Below are positions 28,321-36,325 of a DNA stretch of 64,000 bases, in pieces (the first letter of the stretch is position 1; each line of letters opens with the position of its first letter). The notes below the pieces were generated by a model, which saw only the letters and a list, made by a program, of their open reading frames with translations, did not search any database and was not told the DNA's origin. The stretch comes from Candidatus Iainarchaeum sp. (GTDB taxonomy: Archaea > Iainarchaeota > Iainarchaeia > Iainarchaeales > UBA10219): positions 320,001 to 384,000 of the forward strand of contig JAGVWE010000002.1 in NCBI GenBank assembly GCA_018304425.1, given 5' to 3'. The translations under genes and the position numbers were made by a program.

Positions 28321-29565
28321 CTAGCGGCTGAACCACCAGAGGATGGCAGCCAAAGCAAGCATGACGAGTCCCGAAGCCAGCTTCATGCGCCGCTTGTTTT
28401 TCACGTCCCACTTCTCCATCTGCAAGACCATGCGCTTGTTGGCGGCCAGGCCCAGGATGACGATGAGGGGCAAGACGAACATGACGTTGTAGAGCAGCAG
28501 ATAAGCCAGGCCCTCCCAGAACTTGGTCTGGAGGGACAACAGGCTCAGGATGCCGACGTAGATTCCGCCGCTGCAGGGGAACTCGCACAACCCGACGAGG
28601 AAGCCGAGCACGATGACGGCCGGCAAGGAAGCCTTCTCCGTGAACTTGACGAGTGCGGGCTTCGTGAAGTCCGGGATTTTCAAGGTGAAGCCCTTGCCAT
28701 ACCAGAAGTAGTCCTTGAGGTTCACCAGGGCAAGCAAGGCCGTGAGCCCGGCCGAGACCTTGGCCAGCAGATGCGGTTCCCCGGAGATGACGATGGCTTG
28801 CAGGATGCCCAAGCCGATGAGGACGTAAGTCAGGAAAATCATGCAGACGTAGACCGCGCCGAGCTTCAAGATGTTGCCGCGGCTGCGGTGGAGGGTATAG
28901 AGAAACGCGATGAAGAACAGCAGGACGCCGAAGGCACAGGGATTGATGCCGTCCACCAAGCCTGTGAAAAGGACCAGGGGAAGGAGCGAGTCCGAGGGCG
29001 TGAACGCATTGCTGGGCAGCTGCGTGCACTCGCTGAGGGGCTGGTCAAGGCGGCACTCCTTGACCTGCTTATCCTTGTCGAGGAGTTTGTAGGTGGCAAG
29101 GTTTTCCACGGAGTCCATGGAATCCTGGAGGACCACGAGTTCCGGCATGGCGTTCAAGGCATACTGGTCGAACAAGGGCCTGAGAAGCTTGACTGGCACG
29201 TGCCCCTCCAGGAACAGCCGGTTGCCCACCACAACCGTCATGTGCCCCTGCAACTCCAGGGGAACGCCCTTTTCCTGGTTGAGGACGGTCAACTCGGCGC
29301 GGACAAAGGGGTCATTGATGAGCAGTTTTTCCTGCACGTTGAGGATGCCGCGCTCCTTTAGGAAGGCATAGAACTCCTGCAAATAGGCATCGCAGTGGCC
29401 GCAGGCCTCGTTCTTGTAGACGATGAGGTCCGGGTTGGAAGTTGGGGCAAAGCCCTGATAGCCGCTCATGGCCCCGTGACTGTGCTCAGCGACTTGGGGA
29501 GGGGTCTGCGCCAACGCCAACGGCAAAAAGGCCAAGAGCAGCAAGGCTATCAGGGTGTTACGCAT
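28321..29565 (-). CDS. Thioredoxin-like domain fused to CcdA/DsbD transmembrane domain
   Basis: Signal peptide, CGHC, EGHVP, then DGINPCAF and CEFPCSGG paired TM cysteines. Confidence 0.88.
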   Translation of the reverse strand: MRNTLIALLLLAFLPLALAQTPPQVAEHSHGAMSGYQGFAPTSNPDLIVYKNEACGHCDAYLQEFYAFLKERGILNVQEKLLINDPFVRAELTVLNQEKGVPLELQGHMTVVVGNRLFLEGHVPVKLLRPLFDQYALNAMPELVVLQDSMDSVENLATYKLLDKDKQVKECRLDQPLSECTQLPSNAFTPSDSLLPLVLFTGLVDGINPCAFGVLLFFIAFLYTLHRSRGNILKLGAVYVCMIFLTYVLIGLGILQAIVISGEPHLLAKVSAGLTALLALVNLKDYFWYGKGFTLKIPDFTKPALVKFTEKASLPAVIVLGFLVGLCEFPCSGGIYVGILSLLSLQTKFWEGLAYLLLYNVMFVLPLIVILGLAANKRMVLQMEKWDVKNKRRMKLASGLVMLALAAILWWFSR

Positions 29566-29585
29566 GCATTCACTTCCACTGGGTT

Positions 29586-29843
29586 TCACTGGGGGCAGTC
29601 GCCGTACTGGTCCGGGTGATGGGAGAGGTGCTGCTTCCACTGGGCTTCATCCGTTCCGGGGGGGGCTTTGCACTTGTCCGGAATTTCTCCCGTTCCCGCC
29701 TGCTGGGCCAGTTTCATGAAGCCCGGCTGGATTTCCTTTGGCGCCGCGGAAGGTGCGGGCTGGCTTGGCTGCAGCCAGACAAAGGCAGCCGCCAAGATGG
29801 CCAGCACCAGGAGACCGTAGACGATTACATCACTTGAATCCAT
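29586..29843 (-). CDS. Membrane-anchored small protein with C-terminal C..WKQHLSHHP..Y..C motif
   Basis: N-terminal TM; His/Cys cluster; SD embedded in the upstream stop region. Confidence 0.7.
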   Translation of the reverse strand: MDSSDVIVYGLLVLAILAAAFVWLQPSQPAPSAAPKEIQPGFMKLAQQAGTGEIPDKCKAPPGTDEAQWKQHLSHHPDQYGDCPQ

Positions 29844-29844
29844 T

Positions 29845-30138
29845 TCAACAACCTCCCACCATGTTGGGCAAGTTCTGCAGGTTCTTGGGCAGGCTGGATT
29901 GCGCTCCCGATGGAGCCGCGGATTGCGGCGCCGCCTGGGGCGCGGAAGCCCGGGCCTGCTGGGACGCGCCCTGATAGGCCAGGGAAAGCTTTTCCTTGAG
30001 GCCACCCAAGGCGGACTGCTGTTCCGAAACCGTTTTCGTCAAGGCATTGAGTTGCAGGGCGTGCAGCACCGAAACGAATATCAGGGCTGCAAGGAAAATG
30101 GCCGCCACCGACTCCAACTTCAACTTGAATTCCTTCAT
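29845..30138 (-). CDS. Membrane-anchored protein ending LPNMVGGC
   Basis: TM, short coiled coil, Ala/Pro/Gln linker, C-terminal motif shared with the upstream gene. Confidence 0.8.
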   Translation of the reverse strand: MKEFKLKLESVAAIFLAALIFVSVLHALQLNALTKTVSEQQSALGGLKEKLSLAYQGASQQARASAPQAAPQSAAPSGAQSSLPKNLQNLPNMVGGC

Positions 30139-30139
30139 G

Positions 30140-30847
30140 TCAACAACCTCCCACCATGTCCGGCAACTGGTTCAAGGAACCGGCGCTTACGCCTTTTCCC
30201 TGGGACTGGAGTTGCAGGGCCTTCTGAATGGTCTGCTTGGGGAAAAACAGGGTCTTCCACTTGCTCAACTGATCCAGGATCTGCTCGTTCGTGTATTCAC
30301 TGGCATGGTTCTTGAGCAAGTACATGGCCAGACCCCGCATGGCAGCCGAGTGCGCGCAACCGCAGGAAGGCTTACCATTCGAGAGCACCAGGGATTTCAC
30401 CCCACAACAGTACTCACAGGCAATCATGAAACCAATTTTCACGTACCTTGCCTGCTCGTTCGGGCCCAGGTCCGTGTAATGGAGCTTGCCGTCCGGGAAA
30501 AGGTCGCCATCAAATTTGGAGAGGATGTTCAGGCCTTCCACGGGCTGGTCAAAGGAGACCCCGAGCTCCTTGCCATAGATGTCGGGCGTGCCCCTTGGAA
30601 TGATTTGTTCCACAAGCTGCGCCATCTGCGCGTCGCTGGCCTGGGCCTGGCTGCCCTGGCTACCCGTGACCTGCACCGAAGACGAAGCCAATGGATTGTC
30701 CGCCATGAACTGGTGCATGGCCTTCAATTCCAGGGCCTGGGACTGCATGGTGCCGGACAAGGACGCCATGGCCACGTAGTTGGAACCCAGTATGGCCATC
30801 AAAACAAAGGCCATCAAGGCAAGGGCTAATGTCTTTAAATCGTTCAT
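30140..30847 (-). CDS. Membrane-anchored Cys-rich protein (CEYCC...CGCAH; PCYCGC/CcmH-like) ending LPDMVGGC
   Basis: N-terminal TM, Cys/His motifs, GGAGG SD. Confidence 0.8.
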   Translation of the reverse strand: MNDLKTLALALMAFVLMAILGSNYVAMASLSGTMQSQALELKAMHQFMADNPLASSSVQVTGSQGSQAQASDAQMAQLVEQIIPRGTPDIYGKELGVSFDQPVEGLNILSKFDGDLFPDGKLHYTDLGPNEQARYVKIGFMIACEYCCGVKSLVLSNGKPSCGCAHSAAMRGLAMYLLKNHASEYTNEQILDQLSKWKTLFFPKQTIQKALQLQSQGKGVSAGSLNQLPDMVGGC

Positions 30848-30922
30848 TCAATTGCCTCCTGGCCGAAAGGCTTGTTTGGGGCCTTTTCGGCTTTGCATTA
30901 CATGCATTTGCATGCACTGACT

Positions 30923-30978
30923 GGGGCTGAAACCATATATAGCAACTCATGAAACCATGGGGTTGCGGGCTGAAACCA
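30923..30978. promoter_or_regulatory. Divergent promoter region with three phased TGAAACCA direct repeats
   Basis: TGAAACCA at 30928, 30950 and 30971 (22 and 21 bp spacing) flanking TATA-like atatata. Confidence 0.6.
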
Positions 30979-31017
30979 AGCTATACCATTAAAACGCTAT
31001 TCGTGGAGGGTTTTAGT

Positions 31018-31524
31018 ATGAAGCTCGTGAGCCAGGGAAAGCGGCCGCTGCTGGCCATCCTCATCGTGGTCGCGTTTTTGGTGTTCGTGGCGGTCTTCGT
31101 GAAAATGAACCAGCTGCCCTCCAACGAACCGCACATCGCCAGTGACGGCACGTGCTTGTACGAGCAAAAACTGGACTTCATTGAAACGGTTTTGCCGTTG
31201 CTGGCCAGCCTCGGAATCATGATTGGGGCGTTGACGTATTACTTCATGCACCAGAAAGTGGAGAGCAAGGAAAAGAGCCTGAAAGCCAACACGGACATCC
31301 TGCTGCGGTTCCTGAACAAGGACGAACGGGCCATCGTGAACCGCTTGATTGAAGAACAGGGCAAGGTGCTGCAGTCGGAACTGACGCGGCTGCCCGGCAT
31401 GGGAAAGGTCAAGGCGCATAGAATCGTGCAACGGCTCATTGACCGGAGGGTCATTGAAACCGAGGAACACGGGAAAACGAACATCGTGCGGTTCACGAAA
31501 GAGATACGGGAAGGCCTGCTGTAA
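31018..31524 (+). CDS. Membrane-anchored winged-helix regulator (COG2512-like)
   Basis: 2 TM helices plus LNKDER...VLQSEL...KVKAHRIV...GKTNIV; GGAGG SD. Confidence 0.82.
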   Translation: MKLVSQGKRPLLAILIVVAFLVFVAVFVKMNQLPSNEPHIASDGTCLYEQKLDFIETVLPLLASLGIMIGALTYYFMHQKVESKEKSLKANTDILLRFLNKDERAIVNRLIEEQGKVLQSELTRLPGMGKVKAHRIVQRLIDRRVIETEEHGKTNIVRFTKEIREGLL

Positions 31525-31730
31525 TGTGCCTCGCCGCCCCGGCCCGAGTGGTTGCTGTTTCAAGGGAACGGGCTGTGCTCGAGCAGGCGGGTAAACGCTT
31601 GGAGGCCGGCATCGCCGTGGAAGGGCTGGGAAAAGGCGACTGGGTGCTGGTACAACAAGGCCTGGTCGTGGAAGTAATCAGTGAAGCCGAGGCCCGCGAG
31701 GCCCTCAAGGCCTTCAGCGAAGGGCGTTGA
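31524..31730 (+). CDS. hypC: HypC/HupF-family hydrogenase chaperone (divergent)
   Basis: N-terminal MCLAAPARVV; GDWVLVQQG; TAATG overlap with the upstream gene. Confidence 0.82.
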   Translation: MCLAAPARVVAVSRERAVLEQAGKRLEAGIAVEGLGKGDWVLVQQGLVVEVISEAEAREALKAFSEGR

Positions 31731-32439
31731 CGGTTTCCAGGTTGGCCGACGAGTATTTTTGGAGGGCGGCGGCCTGCGCGAATGACAGCCGTTCAACCGC
31801 CGTGCCCCAGTGGAAGGAAACCAGGTCGCCTAGTTTGGGCTGCTCGACAAAGGGGTTTTCGACTTCCCGAATGCAGGGCTCAAAGGAAAACCTTCCCCCT
31901 TCTTCCACGAGCCGCTTGGCCGCCAACGTCAAGCGCTGGCCCTGGCAGCCCAGGACCTTGCCGGCCAGGGGCAGGCACTTGCCCAGGTTCCCGATGATTT
32001 TCTCGACTTTGGGCGTGATGAAATTGATGTGGAGGACGTGAAACGAGTGGTGCGCGTTAAAGGAGGATTTCATGCCAGCAACCTTGGCATTGGCCTTTGA
32101 GGCTGGCAAGCCGGCTGCGACCAGGCCCGTGGAGAGCGCGGCCTGAAAGGCCTCAAAGGAGATGGAGTCCAGCAACTCGTTGCCGAGCCAGTAGGCTTCG
32201 ATAACGCGCTCGTCGAAGCGGTCGAGGCGGTTGGCGGAGGCGATGAGGTCGAGGTAGAGGTTGAGGCCGGTGAAGCCCGAGAGGAGTTCCCGGATTCCAG
32301 GGGCTCGTTCTTGGGTGGGGTGGGAGACGAAGTCCTTGAAGGCGTGGAACGCGTTTTCCGGGCCGCAGTAATTCAAGCGGTTGGTGGCATAACTGTATTT
32401 GCAGGCCCGCACCAGGCCCTCAAACGTGCCAGTCGGCAA
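31714..32439 (-). CDS. DUF6390-like hydrogenase-associated protein
   Basis: KYSYATNRLNYCGP, YLDLIA, VIEAYWLGN, HHSFHV, GDLVSFHWG. Confidence 0.78.
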   Translation of the reverse strand: MPTGTFEGLVRACKYSYATNRLNYCGPENAFHAFKDFVSHPTQERAPGIRELLSGFTGLNLYLDLIASANRLDRFDERVIEAYWLGNELLDSISFEAFQAALSTGLVAAGLPASKANAKVAGMKSSFNAHHSFHVLHINFITPKVEKIIGNLGKCLPLAGKVLGCQGQRLTLAAKRLVEEGGRFSFEPCIREVENPFVEQPKLGDLVSFHWGTAVERLSFAQAAALQKYSSANLETVNALR

Positions 32440-33349
32440 GGGATTTCACTTCGCGGGGCTTGAAAAACGGGGCAACCCAGTGGCAGCCGAACAACAAGGC
32501 AATGCCTGCTACGATAAGGAAAAACCCGATGCCCTCGTTGAAGGAAACGGGTTTGTTGAGGAAGAGCACGGAAAGCAGGGCAGTAATGGGAAGGCCGATT
32601 AGCAGGACGGACGTTGCAACGGAAGCCCTTGCCTCCCGCAAGCCAATGAACCAAAACCATTGGTAGAGGAACAGGAAGGCCGCACCCAAGAGACTCCACT
32701 GGAGCTGGACCGGGGTCACTTCAGCAAAGAATTTAACGCGGTCGGTTGCGGCAAGGAACGCCAGCATGAAGAGGCTTCCAAAAAACATGCGGGCAAAGGC
32801 CACGACGCGGGGGGAAAGCCGGCATGAGTTCAGGGCCTGCTTGGCGAGGATGTTTTCCACCGACCAAAAGAGCACGGCAACCAAGATGAGCGCGTCATAA
32901 AAGGTGAAGCCCTTGACGTTGATGCCGAACAACAAGACGTTGCCTGCCAGCAAAAGACCGGCTGCGGCGAGGAACCTTCGGCTGATTTGCTCTTTGAGAA
33001 AAAACCAGGCCAGTAGGGCCACCCAAATGAAGAGGGTCTTGTGGAGAAAGGCCGCGTTCACGGCCGGCGTGAGCTTCAAGGCGTAAAAGTAGAGGAGGAA
33101 CGGGATGCTGCCGCCGACCACGCCTATTGCGAGGAGTTGCATCCACTGGCGCCTGGAAAAGGCCCGGAAAGCGCTGAACTCCTTAAGCAAAAACAAGGCG
33201 GCGAGAAAGGCAAGGGCCACCAGGGAATTCTTTAAAACCGTGAACACGAATGGATCGGATTCCGCGACCGCAAACTTGTTGAGGAAGATGGAGAACCCGC
33301 TTACAACGCCAGTCAAGGCGGCAAACCAAACGCCTTTATTCTCGTCCAC
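32420..33349 (-). CDS. EamA/DMT family transporter
   Basis: About 10 TM helices in two repeats; GTG start 33349. Confidence 0.85.
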   Translation of the reverse strand: MDENKGVWFAALTGVVSGFSIFLNKFAVAESDPFVFTVLKNSLVALAFLAALFLLKEFSAFRAFSRRQWMQLLAIGVVGGSIPFLLYFYALKLTPAVNAAFLHKTLFIWVALLAWFFLKEQISRRFLAAAGLLLAGNVLLFGINVKGFTFYDALILVAVLFWSVENILAKQALNSCRLSPRVVAFARMFFGSLFMLAFLAATDRVKFFAEVTPVQLQWSLLGAAFLFLYQWFWFIGLREARASVATSVLLIGLPITALLSVLFLNKPVSFNEGIGFFLIVAGIALLFGCHWVAPFFKPREVKSLADWHV

Positions 33350-33362
33350 GCAAGGGTTTACC

Positions 33363-33773
33363 GTGGAAGAGGTTAAAAAACAAGGCGGGAAACGGAAAAT
33401 CCTGGTGTTCGGCAACCCCTGGGTGGAACGGGATGCGCTGCCCTTGAAACTGTTGCCAAGGCTGCGGAAGGCATTCCCGGAAATCGAGTTCAAGGAAATG
33501 GTGCCCGAAGAAGACCTCCAAGCAGAGGGCCGGAAGCTGTTCATTCTGGACGTGGTGCAGGGCCTCCGGAAAGCCGAAGTCATCGAAGACCTGGCTCGGC
33601 TGCAGACCGTGAAACGGGTTTCCCTGCACTTCTTTGACCTGGCGCACAACCTTCAACTGCTGAAGGCCACCGACCTGATTGATTCGGCGAAAATCTTCGG
33701 CGTGCCCATGGGCCTTGAGGAAGCAACGGCCTTCCGGCAGGTTTCGGCCCTGATTAAAGCCAGTTTACCTTGA
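33363..33773 (+). CDS. Hydrogenase maturation protease-like protein (HyaD/HycI fold, divergent)
   Basis: ILVFGNP...D, FILDVV, SLH motifs; start uncertain. Confidence 0.72.
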   Translation: MEEVKKQGGKRKILVFGNPWVERDALPLKLLPRLRKAFPEIEFKEMVPEEDLQAEGRKLFILDVVQGLRKAEVIEDLARLQTVKRVSLHFFDLAHNLQLLKATDLIDSAKIFGVPMGLEEATAFRQVSALIKASLP

Positions 33774-35040
33774 GGAAGTGGGTGGCACAACTCATGCAGG
33801 GGTCATAGGCGCGGATGAGCTTCTCGAGCGCGTACGCGATTTCCTCTTTCGGCTGGCCCAAGAGTTTTGGCAGGAAATCCCCGATGTCCCGCTCCATGTT
33901 GATCTGGTTTTGCGCGGAAGGAATGACCAGGTTGCCCCACACCACGTTGCCGGCCTTATCAAGTTCCAAGAGATAATAGAGGATGCCCCTCGGGGCCTCA
34001 ATGACGCCGATGCCTTCCCCGGCCCTGGGCGCTAGGCGGGGCACGGGTTCCTTCCTGAAGTCCGTCGACTCCAGGATTTCAACGGCCGAATCCAGGCAAT
34101 GCAAAACCTCGATGGCCTGCGCCAAATTGTTGTGGAAGACGTTTTTCGAGGGAAACAACTTCAAGGAATCGGAAGCAGAAGCCCTCGTGTCCCGATGGAG
34201 CTTGCCGCGGTTGAGGTTCATCCGGGCCAGGGCGCCCACCTTATAGGGCTGGCCCTCGAACTGGAAACCCGTGGCATTCGAGTAGGGAATGATGACCCGG
34301 TTCAAGTGGTTCCAGAAATGCTTTTCCGGCACGCAAACGCCTCTCGAGTCCATGATTTCGCCTTCCAGGAAGTCATAGTTCTGGGTCACCAGGGCCACGT
34401 AATTGCTTTCCGATAGAAAGGTTTCCGGCCACTCGGCATAGACCTTGATCAAATCGAGCACGGCGGGGCGAACGGCTTTGAGCTTGGCGAGAACGGCGGC
34501 GGATTGTTCCCGGGTTGGAACGTTGGCAAAGCCCCCAACCATCTGAATGGTGCCATGGATGGCCCGGCCCGAAACCAACGTTGAAAGGGCGTTGCCGGCT
34601 GCCTTGACCTCGAACGCGGTTTTGACCAGGGCTGGATTGGAATCAGCCAACTCCAAGACCGAGTCAATGCCCAACACATCCGGCAACGAGAAAAAGTAGA
34701 GGTGCAGGGCATGGTCGCGAATCATCAAGCCGGCCAGGGCCAGGCGGCGGAGCAACGTGGTTTGCGGGCTGGGATCGAAGTGCAGCGCGTTTTCAACGGC
34801 TTCAATGCAACAGGTCAGGTGCGCGATGCTGCACGTGCCACAGATGCGGGAAACCAGCTGTGGCATGGAGGCAAAGGGCTTGCCGCGGATGGCCTGGGTG
34901 TAGAACCGCTTGTTCTCGCTTATTTTCAGCTTCACGTCCATGACCTGGCCGCCGCGCACCACGATGTCCAGGTTGGTGTGGCCCTCGATTTTCGCGACGT
35001 TCTCAATCGAAAGGTCCAGGTCGCCGTGTGAACCGTGCAT
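33754..35040 (-). CDS. [NiFe]-hydrogenase large subunit, group 3(b)-like
   Basis: KIEGH, L1 RICGTCSIAH, HALH, EAPRG, L2 YDPCMSCATH plus 7-aa C-terminal extension. Confidence 0.93.
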   Translation of the reverse strand: MHGSHGDLDLSIENVAKIEGHTNLDIVVRGGQVMDVKLKISENKRFYTQAIRGKPFASMPQLVSRICGTCSIAHLTCCIEAVENALHFDPSPQTTLLRRLALAGLMIRDHALHLYFFSLPDVLGIDSVLELADSNPALVKTAFEVKAAGNALSTLVSGRAIHGTIQMVGGFANVPTREQSAAVLAKLKAVRPAVLDLIKVYAEWPETFLSESNYVALVTQNYDFLEGEIMDSRGVCVPEKHFWNHLNRVIIPYSNATGFQFEGQPYKVGALARMNLNRGKLHRDTRASASDSLKLFPSKNVFHNNLAQAIEVLHCLDSAVEILESTDFRKEPVPRLAPRAGEGIGVIEAPRGILYYLLELDKAGNVVWGNLVIPSAQNQINMERDIGDFLPKLLGQPKEEIAYALEKLIRAYDPCMSCATHFLKVNWL

Positions 35041-35534
35041 CAGCCCACCTCCATTTGGGCGATGTATTTCTCCACGACCTGGACGAAACCGGTCTCCAGC
35101 ATGGGACAACCAGGCACCTGCTCATCCACTTTAACGACTTCGGTCGGGGCCTTCATGCGCTCGAACTGGCCGAGCTTCTGCACGAGCGGCTGGATTTCCT
35201 TTTTCAGCCCGTCCGGAAAGTTGTTGCGCTGTGCGCTCGGCAAGCCGTTTATGGCACAGGTGCCGATGGCGACAACGACTTTCGAGTTGGCCCGGATTTC
35301 CCTGAGCTTGGCTTCCTCGGCTGGCGCGGAAATCGCGCCCTCCACGAAGGCAAGGTCCAGGTTGGAGGCGTCGTTCTTGGAGCGCAGGGTGCGCGCGTAA
35401 ACGATGTCTATCTTGTCCTTCCACTCGAAGAACTTGTAGTTGAGGGCTTCCAAGAGCGTGATGACGCAGCCCTCGTCTCCAGTGAACGAGAAAATGCCGA
35501 CGCGGAGCTTTTTTGGGGCGGCCACGAAAACCAA
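35040..35534 (-). CDS. [NiFe]-hydrogenase small subunit, proximal-cluster domain only
   Basis: TGDEGC, VEGAI, IGTCA, PGCP; ends right after the NuoB-like domain. Confidence 0.88.
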   Translation of the reverse strand: MVFVAAPKKLRVGIFSFTGDEGCVITLLEALNYKFFEWKDKIDIVYARTLRSKNDASNLDLAFVEGAISAPAEEAKLREIRANSKVVVAIGTCAINGLPSAQRNNFPDGLKKEIQPLVQKLGQFERMKAPTEVVKVDEQVPGCPMLETGFVQVVEKYIAQMEVG

Positions 35535-35565
35535 TAGAAGTATTCAGCGAAGAGCTATTTAAGGG

Positions 35566-35712
35566 TTAGCAGAACTCGCACACGCTTTTGCCGCCGGGCT
35601 GGTCGCCCCAGTCGAATTTGGACACGCAGGCCGGGCTGCAAAAGTCCTTGCCGTTCTTGCGAATGGAGTTCGCTGGCAAGGGGTTGTTGCATTGCGCGCA
35701 GGTGCTTGGCAT
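35566..35712 (-). CDS. 48-aa TRASH/YHS-like metal-binding protein (absent from the ORF track)
   Basis: MPSTCAQCNNPLPANSIRKNGKDFCSPACVSKFDWGDQPGGKSVCEFC; six Cys. Confidence 0.75.
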   Translation of the reverse strand: MPSTCAQCNNPLPANSIRKNGKDFCSPACVSKFDWGDQPGGKSVCEFC

Positions 35713-35754
35713 ACCATCCTATGAAGGGCAAGGAAATTAATAAGGCTTTCGCGT

Positions 35755-36300
35755 TCACGGAACTGGCTTGACCACCAGGGTGCCGCGCATGTCGGAATGG
35801 CCAGAACCACAGGAGACGTTGCAGTAGAATGGGAAGTGACCGGCCTTGTCCGCCTTGAACTCAGCTACCGTGGTTTTGCCGGGTTCAAGCTTTTGGGAGA
35901 CGCCGAAAGCCGGGATGGCCAGACCGTGCACCCCGTCCTGGGTGGAAACCACGAGCCGAACCCATTCCCCTTGGTTGACTTCAATGGTGCTGGGCTCAAA
36001 GCCCCAGTTGAAGGCGCGCACCAGGACTTCCACGGGCACGGCCTCCGATGAAACGGGTGCCTGGGAAGGCGGGGACTCGGGCGCGGGCAAGGACACGGGC
36101 AGGGGTTCCAGAGCAGGCGCGGGAGAAGGTAAAGGAACTGGTGTTGGTGGTACCACGGGAAGCCGAACGCTGGCTTCGGGTTCCGGGGGGAACGAGGGCG
36201 GCTCCTGCACGGGAACCGGCTGGCGTTGGGGCTGGAGGCAACCCGTGAACGCAAGCAAGACAAGTCCTGCTAGGCAGGCAAACCGAAGAATGCTCCCCAT
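35755..36300 (-). CDS. Lipoprotein with CuA-type cupredoxin domain
   Basis: FTGC lipobox, Pro-rich stalk, DGVHG...CNVSCGSGHSDM. Confidence 0.85.
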   Translation of the reverse strand: MGSILRFACLAGLVLLAFTGCLQPQRQPVPVQEPPSFPPEPEASVRLPVVPPTPVPLPSPAPALEPLPVSLPAPESPPSQAPVSSEAVPVEVLVRAFNWGFEPSTIEVNQGEWVRLVVSTQDGVHGLAIPAFGVSQKLEPGKTTVAEFKADKAGHFPFYCNVSCGSGHSDMRGTLVVKPVP

Positions 36301-36325
36301 GCAGAGTTGGAACGGCAAAACGGAT

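Noticed and set aside
25777-29361. Long plus-strand ORFs (25777-26967, 28072-29361) and many similar antisense ORFs across the window
   Set aside because: They are shadows of well-supported opposite-strand genes in GC-rich DNA and carry no recognisable motifs
29845-30157. Selenocysteine at the TGA after MVGGC (GCU-type redox tail)
   Set aside because: The next gene starts one base after each TGA, readthrough would run out of frame across it, and no SECIS or sel genes are seen
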